Positions 16,583-23,944 are shown, counted from the first letter of the stretch. The stretch is DNA of 32,000 bases from Synechococcus sp. Cruz-7E5 (GCF_024345995.1 NZ_JAGQCE010000003.1:112759-144758), one strand, 5' to 3'. The notes: a model not told the origin generated them from the sequence alone. Translations and numbers: made by a program.

Positions 16583-16864
16583 ATGAAGCCCTTTCGCTGG
16601 AGCGCAGGCAAGAACGAGGTCCTTCAGCTTCAACGAGGTGTTTCCTTTGAGGCCGTGGTGGTCGCTATCGAATCCGGTGATCTGCTCGACATCGTTGAGC
16701 ATCCGAACCAGGCCCGCTACCCAGGCCAGTGCATTCTTGTCGTTCTGATCTCCGGCTATGTCCATCTGGTGCCATATGTCGAGGCCGACGATCACCTCTT
16801 TCTCAAAACCATCATTCCCAGCCGCAAAGCCACCATCGCCTACCGCCCAGGAGACGCACCATGA
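16583..16864 (+). CDS. brnT: BrnT-like toxin (DUF497-type)
   Basis: 93 aa, 'MKPFRWSAGKNEVLQLQRGVSFEAVV...LKTIIPSRKATIAY'. It is coupled (ATGA overlap) to a CopG/RHH antitoxin of the kind that pairs with BrnT-family toxins. The family call is from memory. Confidence 0.6.
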   Translation: MKPFRWSAGKNEVLQLQRGVSFEAVVVAIESGDLLDIVEHPNQARYPGQCILVVLISGYVHLVPYVEADDHLFLKTIIPSRKATIAYRPGDAP

Positions 16865-17130
16865 ACCCCCTTGATCACGAAGAGCAGGAGATCCTGGAAG
16901 CCTTCGAAGCGGGCACTCTCCGTTCAGTGGCTACGGCTGCAGAGCGCTCCCGCCTGGAAGCCTCCGCAAGGTCAACGGCCAGCAAGGATCAGCGCATCAA
17001 CATTCGCCTCACCAGTGAGGATCTAGGCGCCTTGCGTGCCCGTGCCCTGCAGGAGGGTATTCCCTACCAGACCCTGATCAGCAGTGTCCTTCACAAGTAC
17101 GTGAGCGGCAGGCTTCTCGATCGACCCTGA
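16861..17130 (+). CDS. brnA: BrnA-like CopG/RHH antitoxin
   Basis: 'MNPLDHEEQEILEAFEAGTLRSV...KDQRINIRLTSEDLGALRARALQEGIPYQTLISSVLHKYVSGRL' has the typical C-terminal RHH of this antitoxin family. Confidence 0.7.
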   Translation: MNPLDHEEQEILEAFEAGTLRSVATAAERSRLEASARSTASKDQRINIRLTSEDLGALRARALQEGIPYQTLISSVLHKYVSGRLLDRP

Positions 17131-17152
17131 GCGTGTGGAGCTTCGTGGTTTC

Positions 17153-17219
17153 GGGCGGCCCGTCAGGCTGGCGTCCCTGCTGGGATCTCTTCTGGCGTGG
17201 GCGCGTGGCGGCTGCAGCC
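17153..17219. repeat. Repeat X, copy 1 (matches 19109-19176)
   Basis: 'gggcggcccgtcaggctggcgtccctgctgggatctcttctggcgtggg...gctgcagcc' versus 'gggcggctcgtcaggctggcgcccctgctgggatcccttctggtgtggg...gctgcagcc'. Confidence 0.7.
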
Positions 17220-17289
17220 AACCCGGCTGCGGGTGTGGCTGTGCCGCCCCAGTCCCCTTCAGCCGCAAGACCGGTGGGCAGGCCACGGT

Positions 17290-18056
17290 TCAATACTGCT
17301 GTTTGTCCTTGATGACCGCCCGAACACCTCCGCGGGGGGATTGGTCATCACCTGTTCGCCGGGGGATGTGATGCCAATGGGCATGAAACACCGTCTGCCC
17401 CGCCGCTGATCGAGGCGTCCTTGGCACTGAGCTGCTCACGCCGCTGCTTCAGCAGGTCCACCACAGCGTTCCATCCCGGCTGGTGCAGATCCAACCCATC
17501 GGCCACATGGCGCCGCGGGATCACCAGGCTGTGGCCCGGCGTCACCGGGTAGGAATCGGCGATCCACAGCGCCAGTTCGTTCTCCAGCAGCACCCGGCCG
17601 CTGCCCTCCAGCGCGCAGAACACACAGACCGCCTCACGGTGGCCATAGCTGGCCTGAATTGCAGCGGAAGCAGAGCGCCTGCAGGTTGGTGATGGCGTCG
17701 GAGCCGCCCTGGTTTTTGGGGATGGTGTGGTCCACCTCCAGGGCTCGCTGGTGCTCGTGCGCGCCGCAGCACTCGCGGCGGCCCCGGGCGCATCGGTGAA
17801 CCCTGGATTTCACCGAGCCACTGATCGGGCTGCGGTGGGCAAACACCTCTTCGCCGCGCTGCTCACGGAAGGCATCGAGGCGCTGACGACAGAGCTGCAG
17901 CAGCTGGTCGCGCTCGGCGTCGCTCAGTTCGTCGCCGCCGATCAGGCTGTAGGCGCCGTTGCCGGTGAGCACCTTGCCCACCATCGGCTGCTCAGGATTC
18001 GCCGGGCCATGTCCTGCGCTGGGGCCGGGCTGCGGCGGCATGGCAGATACCGTCAC
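17290..18056 (-). pseudogene. HNH-HIT fragment D (lacks 5' ~40 codons; frameshifted), retains the fullest HNH core
   Basis: HNH part: '..GDELSDAERDQLLQLCRQRLDAFREQRGEEVFAHRSPISGSVKSRVHRCARGRRECCGAHEHQRALEVDHTIPKNQGGSDAITNLQALCFRCN'. After a frameshift: 'IQASYGHREAVCVFCALEGSGRVLLENELALWIADSYPVTPGHSLVIPRRH..'. After a deletion/frameshift: 'GQTVFHAHWHHIPRRTGD..RGGVRAVIKDKQQY*'. Confidence 0.7.
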
Positions 18057-18451
18057 GCCTCAGCGTCGGAACCCGGCATGACCAGCGGCTGCACCCGAGC
18101 GATCAGTTCCTTCACCTGCCGGTTGAAGTCTTCCCGATCCAACCCCAGGGGTGTGGGATCGGCGTCGTAGCGGAACTGCACGGCATAGACGGTGAGTTGA
18201 GCGAGCGGTTGCAGCTTGGCCGTGGCCACTCCCTCGGCCTCCAGCAGCAACAGCAGCCGACGGAGGTCATGGGTGAGCGGCGGGTCTCCGCCGAGCTGTA
18301 AGTACCAGGCTTTGAGCGCCTTCTCCACCGCCTGCTGCAACCAGAAGCCCCAGGCGCCCTCGCGGAACACAGCTGGATCGCTGGAGGCCTCGGCGGTCTC
18401 CAGATCGGCGCTGGCGATCCTCAGCAGTCCTTGCGGCTCAGAGAGCACCAT
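18053..18451 (-). CDS. HEPN domain protein (toxin partner of MNT)
   Basis: 132 aa with 'LQQAVEKALKAWYL', 'THDLRRLLLLLE' and 'VQFRYDADP', the PF05168-type HEPN pattern. It overlaps the upstream MNT gene by 14 nt. Confidence 0.8.
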   Translation of the reverse strand: MVLSEPQGLLRIASADLETAEASSDPAVFREGAWGFWLQQAVEKALKAWYLQLGGDPPLTHDLRRLLLLLEAEGVATAKLQPLAQLTVYAVQFRYDADPTPLGLDREDFNRQVKELIARVQPLVMPGSDAEA

Positions 18452-18794
18452 CCAGCAACCGCCCCTCCCGGAACGCCCTGCCGATCACGTGAGTGCGCCA
18501 CTGGCGCCGTTCCTCGCACTCCCGCTCGGAGTACAGCAGCAGATCCAGCGAAACATCCGCTCGCGCCAGCAGCCCCCACAGCTGATTGAGCACATCGAAG
18601 CGGTTGCGTCCCTCCAGCCAGGCATCCGGGGCCGTGATCAGCAGATCGATGTCCGAGTCAGGGCCAGCGGTGCCCCGGGCCCTGGAACCGAACAGACGCA
18701 CCTCCGAGCCAGGGATCACGCCATGGATCACAGCCGCCATCTTCTCCAGGCGGCTGTCGATCGGTAGCGCAACTGGGGTGTTCATGCCCTGCAT
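18438..18794 (-). CDS. MNT-type nucleotidyltransferase antitoxin
   Basis: 'VRLFGSRARGTAGPDSDIDLLI' is the minimal NTase motif. Confidence 0.8.
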   Translation of the reverse strand: MQGMNTPVALPIDSRLEKMAAVIHGVIPGSEVRLFGSRARGTAGPDSDIDLLITAPDAWLEGRNRFDVLNQLWGLLARADVSLDLLLYSERECEERRQWRTHVIGRAFREGRLLDGAL

Positions 18795-18805
18795 TCTGAT
18801 TCCAC

Positions 18806-19062
18806 TCGCTCGGCGTCGCTCAGTTCGTCGCCGCCGACCAGGCTGTAGGCGCCGTTGCCGTAGGCGGTGAGGCCGTTACCGGTGAGCACCCTGCCCACCA
18901 TCCGCTTCCCAGGATCCGCCGGGCCACGTCCTGCGCCGGGGCGGGGCTGCTCCTCCCTAGCAGCTCCATGAGCATGAGCGGTTGGTAGATGTGGCTCATG
19001 CGTATCCGCTCGGCGATGAACTTGCGCAGGCGAAGGAAGGCAGCAGAGGGGCTGTTGGCCAT
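18806..19062 (-). pseudogene. HNH-HIT 5' fragment E (variant allele)
   Basis: The minus strand reads 'MANSPSAAFLRLRKFIAERIRMSHIYQPLMLMELLGRSSPAPAQDVARRILGS..'. After a frameshift it continues '..GDELSDAER'. Homology ends about 12 nt from the MNT start codon (18794). Confidence 0.7.
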
Positions 19063-19108
19063 GGAGTGATGGTGGCGGCTGCCGGGCGACCGGGCCAGGT
19101 TTGACTTT

Positions 19109-19176
19109 GGGCGGCTCGTCAGGCTGGCGCCCCTGCTGGGATCCCTTCTGGTGTGGGGGTGCTGAGGCTGCAGCCC
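19109..19176. repeat. Repeat X, copy 2
   Basis: See 17153-17219. Here it lies upstream (to the right) of HNH-HIT fragment E, inside a minus-strand coding-looking stretch ('..LADLLQLPGAAAVAVDLIATAKGRGQFLRELLRSGL..'). Confidence 0.7.
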
Positions 19177-19389
19177 ACTCCGCAGCAGCTCGCGGAGGAA
19201 TTGCCCCCTCCCCTTGGCGGTGGCAATCAGATCGACCGCCACCGCCGCGGCCCCAGGAAGCTGCAGCAGGTCGGCGAGGGGTGTCGTGCCCATCGCCCTC
19301 GGCGGGGATGCCTGTGCTGCTCTCGCTCGTTCTCCACCAGAGCGTCCTGCCGCCAGGACAGCTGCAAGGATGCAGTCCAGAATGGGGCC

Positions 19390-19704
19390 ATGGCTGCCCC
19401 TTCGACCCAGGAAACCTCCCTCTCCCAGCGGCTCCAATGCGCCCGCGAGCAGGTGCTTGCCGTGGCTCACCGCCATGGGGCCCGCAACCTGCGGATCTAT
19501 GGCTCGGTGGCCCTTGGCCAGGATCGGCCCGGCAGCGACCTTGACCTACTGGTGGATCTGGAGCAGGGCTGTTCCCTGCTGGAAGTGATCGCCCTGCGGC
19601 AGGAACTGGAAGCTCTCTTGAATTGCCAGGTGGATCTGGCGGAAGCAGCGCAGCTGCATCCTTTGATCCGGGATCAGATCATTACGCAGGCCAAGGCTTT
19701 GTGA
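19390..19704 (+). CDS. mntA: MntA-type nucleotidyltransferase antitoxin
   Basis: 'MAAPSTQETSLSQRLQCAREQVLAVAHRHGARNLRIYGSVALGQDRPGSDLDLLVDLE'. The ATG at 19390 is internal to track ORF 19153..19704. Confidence 0.8.
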   Translation: MAAPSTQETSLSQRLQCAREQVLAVAHRHGARNLRIYGSVALGQDRPGSDLDLLVDLEQGCSLLEVIALRQELEALLNCQVDLAEAAQLHPLIRDQIITQAKAL

Positions 19705-20042
19705 GCAAAGATCTTCTTTACCTCACCAGCATTTCTGAAGCTCTTGAGCGAATCAATCTCTACACCCCTGAAGGCCGCTCAGCTTTCCTTGCTTCCACGC
19801 TTGTGAAGGATGGAGTGATCCGCAACTTGATCATGATCGGCGAAGCCGTGAAGAATCTGTCGGCGGACCTTCGCGAGTCCGAATCGTCCACTCCTTGGAA
19901 GTCCATCGCCGGCATGCGAGATGTTCTTATTCATGATTATTTGCGTGTCAACCTGGAGCAGGTATGGGAAACCGTGGCGCGTGATCTTCCTCCCCCTGGT
20001 CTCACCGTTAGTTCGCTGATTGAGCGGCACATGAACGATTGA
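19701..20042 (+). CDS. hepT: HepT (DUF86) HEPN-type toxin
   Basis: GTG start overlapping the mnt stop (GTGA). 'VSKDLLYLTSISEALERI...GMRDVLIHDYLRVNLEQVW' contains the Rx4HxY motif. Confidence 0.8.
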   Translation: MSKDLLYLTSISEALERINLYTPEGRSAFLASTLVKDGVIRNLIMIGEAVKNLSADLRESESSTPWKSIAGMRDVLIHDYLRVNLEQVWETVARDLPPPGLTVSSLIERHMND

Positions 20043-20045
20043 GCT

Positions 20046-20118
20046 GCAAAGCCAGCATCGCCTACTACCCAGGAGTCCCACCATGAACCCCCTGGATCAC
20101 GAAGAGCAGGTGATCCTG
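20046..20118 (+). pseudogene. Scar of a brnT-3'/brnA-5' junction (deleted brnTA cassette)
   Basis: The 73 nt 'gcaaagccagcatcgcctactacccaggagtcccaccatgaaccccctggatcacgaagagcaggtgatcctg' match 16824-16896 with about 7 mismatches. They include the stop/start overlap and 'MNPLDHEEQ'. Confidence 0.7.
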
Positions 20119-20123
20119 CGCTC

Positions 20124-20375
20124 GCGGCACTGCTGCAGCAGCGCGTCGCGCTCGGCGTCGCTCAGGTCGTCGCCGCCGATCAGGCTGTCGCGGCCATCGC
20201 CACAGGCAGTGATGCCGCTGCCCAGGATCCGGCGGGCCACGTCCTGCGCTGGGGCCGGACTGCGGCGGCCCAGCAGTTCCAGGAGCAAGAGCGGTTGTTC
20301 GATGGGGCTCATGCGCATCCGCTCGGCGATGAACGCGCGCAGGCGAAGGAAGGCAGCAGAGGGGAGCGGGGGCAT
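20124..20375 (-). pseudogene. HNH-HIT 5' fragment F
   Basis: The minus strand reads 'MPPLPSAAFLRLRAFIAERMRMSPIEQPLLLLELLGRRSPAPAQDVARRILGS[del]GITACGDGRDSLIGGDDLSDAERDALLQQC'. Confidence 0.7.
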
Positions 20376-20450
20376 GGGGGCATCCTGGCTGAGGTGTGAC
20401 GGGGGTGGCTGGCATTGGTACGTTGCCCAGAGGGCCAGCAGAATGGACCC

Positions 20451-20768
20451 ATGACCCGGACAGCACCGCCAACCCCTCTCACGGCCGAAGAGGTGCTCAA
20501 CCGCCTCCGTCAGCGCCAGCCGGACTGGCACCGCCGATTTCATGTGGTGGAGCTTGGCTTGTTCGGCTCCGTTGCCCGCGGCGATGCCCGCCCAGACAGC
20601 GATCTCGATGTCTGGGTCCAGCTCGACCCTCTCACTCCCTACGCCCTGGTGCACTTGAAACAGGAGCTGGAAGAGCTGATGCAGTGTCCCGTCGACCTGG
20701 TGCGCCTGCGGGAGCGCATGGCCCCAACCCTCCGAAAGCGTATTGAGCAGGAGGGGCTCACGGCGTGA
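20451..20768 (+). CDS. mntA: MntA-type nucleotidyltransferase antitoxin
   Basis: 'MTRTAPPTPLTAEEVLNRLRQRQPDWHRRFHVVELGLFGSVARGDARPDSDLDVWV'. The start choice (20451 versus 20415) is uncertain. Confidence 0.75.
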   Translation: MTRTAPPTPLTAEEVLNRLRQRQPDWHRRFHVVELGLFGSVARGDARPDSDLDVWVQLDPLTPYALVHLKQELEELMQCPVDLVRLRERMAPTLRKRIEQEGLTA

Positions 20769-21123
20769 CGGAGGACCAGAAGGATGTCCTGTTGAGCCTC
20801 CTGAGCGCGCTCAAGCGTGCCCAGCGCAAATCCAGGTCTCTGATTGTCAATCCTGAGTTGCTGGATCAGGAGGAAGGAGAAGATGCTCTGGATGTGATCT
20901 GTATGCAGTTCCTCGCAGCCGGTGAATCTTTGAAGCGTTTGGAGCGCCTGTATCCTGACCTCCTACAGAATCGTTATCCCCATATCGACTGGGAAGGGGC
21001 CATGGGGTTCCCGATGTCATCGCTCACCAGTATTTTGATCTTGATGTTGAACAAATTCTTGTCATCTGTGAACAGTCGCTGCCCGGCATGATCCATGCGG
21101 TTCAAGACCCGTTGGAGAACTGA
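20765..21123 (+). pseudogene. hepT: HepT (DUF86) toxin with a frameshift at the catalytic Rx4H motif
   Basis: The first frame reads '..YPHIDWEGAMGFPMSS..'. From 21013 a second frame reads 'DVIAHQYFDLDVEQILVICEQSLPGMIHAVQDPLEN*', ending at 21123. The expected 'MGFRDVIAHQY' is broken inside the Arg codon. Confidence 0.75.
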
Positions 21124-21200
21124 CGAATCGGCACCACGTAGCTCATGCGCGATGGCATCCATCTCTCCAGTTCCTTTGCCCCCTTTTGACCGTGCCTACA

Positions 21201-21317
21201 GTGAGTCCTTTGCTGCTACCGCCGAGCGAGCGGCTGGCCTTGGCGATCGCCCTGTGGGACAGCCCCGAAGCGGCTGTGCCCTGGGATGAGGTGCGGAGCC
21301 AGCTCGGCATCGGATGA
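21201..21317 (+). pseudogene. Truncated addiction-module antitoxin-like peptide
   Basis: A GTG-started 38-codon ORF, 'VSPLLLPPSERLALAIALWDSPEAAVPWDEVRSQLGIG*'. The 'L.P.ERL.L...LWDS' block resembles the N-terminus of the 'putative addiction module component' family. No partner gene is present. Confidence 0.4.
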
Positions 21318-21379
21318 CTCCGCCCTCAGTCCACCTTCTACCTGAGGCGGTGGTGGATCTGCTGGAAACGCAGCGCTGC

Positions 21380-21440
21380 TGGATGCGGAAGGGGCGGGGG
21401 CATGGGGGCATCCTGGCGGGGTAAGCCGGGGGGCACTTTC
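21380..21440 (-). repeat. HNH-HIT start-codon/leader scar G
   Basis: 'gggcgggggcatgggggcatcctggcggggtaagccggggggcactt' matches the ATG-plus-leader region of copies B (15541-15591) and F (20364-20418). Only a few codons of the ORF remain. Confidence 0.5.
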
Positions 21441-21860
21441 CTGCGACAGTGCTGCCAGAATCAAGGATGTAATCGACGTGCCGATGCCCAGTTCCGACTC
21501 TGAGCTTGAACGGCAGCAGCAGTCGAGCCAGGCAACATCTGCCTGAACTGTGCCTCCATCGGGGCCATATCCAGCACGGCACCTGCGCGGATCGCAGCGA
21601 AATACTGCTCTCGCTGTGATCCCAGTCTGAGTAATCGAGCGGTCCGATCCCTTCGGCCAGCACCCGCCGCGGCACCGGACCCAGCTCTGGGTGGTGGACC
21701 GCAGGGCAGGCCCGGGCGCTCATGCGAACCACGATCTCCTGAAGGATGGTGGTCGTGTCCATCAGCAGCTCGATGGCAGGCGAGGCGATGGTGAAGGGCA
21801 TGGGGCCGTCCGCAGGAGACAGCCATCGTTCTTCGCCGCCGCGCACAATGCCCAGGGGTT

Positions 21861-22847
21861 TTGATCGCTCTGGCCATGTTTCTGATTCACAGCAGCATCG
21901 ATCAGGCGCCCCTGTTGGCGGGTGCCGTAGTGGGGGCCTGCCGTGGCGAGGGTTGGCTCAATCCCCTTCAGCCTCGCTTCCTTGGGGTTCTGTTCGATCG
22001 ACTTCTGGGTTTCAAGGCCGATTTCGACCGGTTGGCGCCCTGCTCCCCCGAGGAGGTGCTGCAGGCTTTGCCCACGGCTGAGCAGCGACTGGAGCTGGTG
22101 GAGTTGATGGTGACGCTGGAGATGCTCTGCGACGCGATCCCCGCGGAGCTCGAGACCTCCATCGAGCACTGGGCTGAAATCCTTGGGGTGGAAGACCGCA
22201 GCCTGCGGCTGGCCCGTGACCTGGCCGCCAACGCTTCCGCTCAGGCTCTTCTCGATTTCTATCGTTACAACTGGGTCGGCGAGCAGCACCGGCTCAACCC
22301 CGCCTTCCAGGGGCTGCTCGCCCGCCATGGCAAGCGGGCGTACGCGCTCACCGTCGAACCGGACCCCGCCGAGGCTTCCCGCTGGCGTGCGCTCGAGCAC
22401 TGCCAGGCAGGAAGCATCGGTCGCGCCTTATGGGACTTCTACCAGCAGCGTGGCTTCGGTTTCCCGGGGGAACCGGGTGCCGCCAACGCGGCCTTGGCTC
22501 GTCACGACTGGCTGCATGTTCTGGGAGAGTTCGACACCACCCCGATCGGTGAGTTGGAGGTGACCGCATTCCAGGCCGCCGCCAGCACACTGCCGGGCGC
22601 CACCCTTGGCTTCATCGGTGCTGTCAGCATCCTGCAGACGGGCCTGCTGCCGAGTCTGGTGGTGCCGCCGGGCCATCACCACGCCCTCGATGTACCGGGG
22701 GGGCCGGAGCGGATTGCGGACGCCATCCGCCGAGGTCGAGCCTGCCGGCGCGATGTGTTCCGGGAGATCGACTTCTTCGCTGTGGCGGACGATCCGCTGC
22801 CAAGCTGCCGCTCCCGGTGGGGCATTCCGGAGCCGGTCGTTGAATGA
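21861..22847 (+). CDS. Coq4-family-like protein; last codons supplied by an IS remnant
   Basis: 328 aa with 'ARHDWLHVLGEFDTTPIGELEV', which fits the Coq4 HDxxH-x11-E putative metal motif. The terminal 'IPEPVVE*' (22824-22847) is antisense to IS3-type transposase sequence. Confidence 0.55.
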   Translation: MIALAMFLIHSSIDQAPLLAGAVVGACRGEGWLNPLQPRFLGVLFDRLLGFKADFDRLAPCSPEEVLQALPTAEQRLELVELMVTLEMLCDAIPAELETSIEHWAEILGVEDRSLRLARDLAANASAQALLDFYRYNWVGEQHRLNPAFQGLLARHGKRAYALTVEPDPAEASRWRALEHCQAGSIGRALWDFYQQRGFGFPGEPGAANAALARHDWLHVLGEFDTTPIGELEVTAFQAAASTLPGATLGFIGAVSILQTGLLPSLVVPPGHHHALDVPGGPERIADAIRRGRACRRDVFREIDFFAVADDPLPSCRSRWGIPEPVVE

Positions 22848-23023
22848 CTCGGCAAAGCCGTTCTGCCTCAGGGATCCTGGCTCGATGTCGGCGGTGGTAC
22901 GTGGGCTGTTGTGTCACCTCGATGACGCGACAGACGTTGGTGACGGTCTTGCCCCGGGCGATCAGCTGCTCAAGATTTGAGCTTGCGGATGATCTGCTCG
23001 GGTGTGTGGCGGATTCGTTTCAT
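22824..23023 (-). mobile_element. IS3-family remnant (orfA N-terminus joined to orfB C-terminal motif)
   Basis: The minus strand from the ATG at 23023 reads 'MKRIRHTPEQIIRKLKS*'. After a frameshift it reads 'EQLIARGKTVTNVCRVIEVTQQPTYHRR'. It then jumps to 'RQNGFAESFNDRLRN', the DDE transposase C-terminal signature. Most of the element is deleted. Confidence 0.6.
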
Positions 23024-23085
23024 GGTGGTGTCCCCGCGGCACATTCAGGCCCATAAGATGCGGCCACGGCCGGGGTCCAGCAGTT

Positions 23086-23853
23086 GTGACTGAGGTCCTG
23101 ATCCTCCTTCTTGCCGGCGCGGCCGGTGCCTTTCTGAACACGGTGGCGTCCAGCGGATCGGCGATCGTGATCCCGATCCTCATCGCGATCGGGCTGGAGC
23201 CGGTCATGGCCAACGCCTCCAACCGGCTGTTGATCGTCGTCGGCTGCGCCACCGCCGTCTGGCGCTTCCATCGCGCCGGCCTTCTTCCCTGGAACGATGC
23301 CCTGCGCTTCACGATCCCGGCGGTGCTCGGGGCGGCCTGCGGCGCACTGCTCGCGTCGGTGTTCGGCGATCTGCGCACGACCCAGCTCGTCACCGTCGCC
23401 GTTGCGCTCACCCTGGTCGTCGTTCTGTTCAACCCCACCCGCTGGCTGGCCGCGGATCGACCCCAGCAGGAGCCCGAGCGGGGGCCTCTGGCGTTGGCAC
23501 TGATGGCGCTTGTCGGGGGGTGGGCCGGCCTGATCGCGGTTGACTCCGGTACCTACGCCCTGGCGGTCCTGGTGCTGGTGGCCCACTTCCCAATCCGGGA
23601 AGCCAACGGGATCAAGGTCACGGTCCTCGGCGCGGCTGCCCTGACCTCGTTGCTCATCTTCTCCGGCCAGGCGGAGGTCGACTGGCGGTCGGGCCTGATC
23701 CTCGCGGCGGGCAGTGTGCTGGGTGCCTTGCTCGGGGCGCAGCTTGCCCTTGGGCCCCATGCCGCGAAGTGGGTGTTTCGAGTTCTCGTCCTGGTCCTGG
23801 TGATCGAGATGGTGCCCCTCATCGTCAGGTTGCTGGGGTCCCTGAGCATCTGA
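23086..23853 (+). CDS. TauE/SafE (DUF81) family anion exporter
   Basis: Polytopic membrane protein starting 'VTEVLILLLAGAAGAFLNTVASSGSAIVIPILIAIGLEPVMANASNRL'. The GTG start at 23086 is inferred; the track ORF begins at 23002. Confidence 0.8.
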   Translation: MTEVLILLLAGAAGAFLNTVASSGSAIVIPILIAIGLEPVMANASNRLLIVVGCATAVWRFHRAGLLPWNDALRFTIPAVLGAACGALLASVFGDLRTTQLVTVAVALTLVVVLFNPTRWLAADRPQQEPERGPLALALMALVGGWAGLIAVDSGTYALAVLVLVAHFPIREANGIKVTVLGAAALTSLLIFSGQAEVDWRSGLILAAGSVLGALLGAQLALGPHAAKWVFRVLVLVLVIEMVPLIVRLLGSLSI

Positions 23854-23944
23854 CCGCTGGCCCCAAGGGCAGGATCCTGATGGCGGCCTTCATTGCTGCC
23901 GACCGCCTGAGACAATCCACCCTCGCCCGTGCCCAGCGAAACAG

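Noticed and set aside
18820-19476. A 218-aa minus-strand ORF spanning repeat X and HNH-HIT fragment E.
   Set aside because: It is a chimeric read-through of a truncated 5' fragment plus upstream remnant sequence. There is no coherent domain structure, and the frame breaks relative to the HNH-HIT consensus.
1895-21860. A tRNA/tmRNA gene or integrase marking the island borders.
   Set aside because: Scanning by eye for T-loop-like 'GGTTCGAATCC'-type motifs and for tyrosine or serine recombinase translations found nothing. This cannot be excluded without tRNAscan or HMM searches.
21461-21877. Minus-strand ORFs 21196..21846 and 21461..21877 ('MPFTIASPAIELLMDTTTILQEIVVRMSARA...' and '...QREQYFAAIRAGAVLDMAPMEAQFRQMLPG...').
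   Set aside because: Both frames look partly protein-like, which suggests a frameshifted gene. I recognise no family, and one frame reads through scar G. The support is too weak to annotate.
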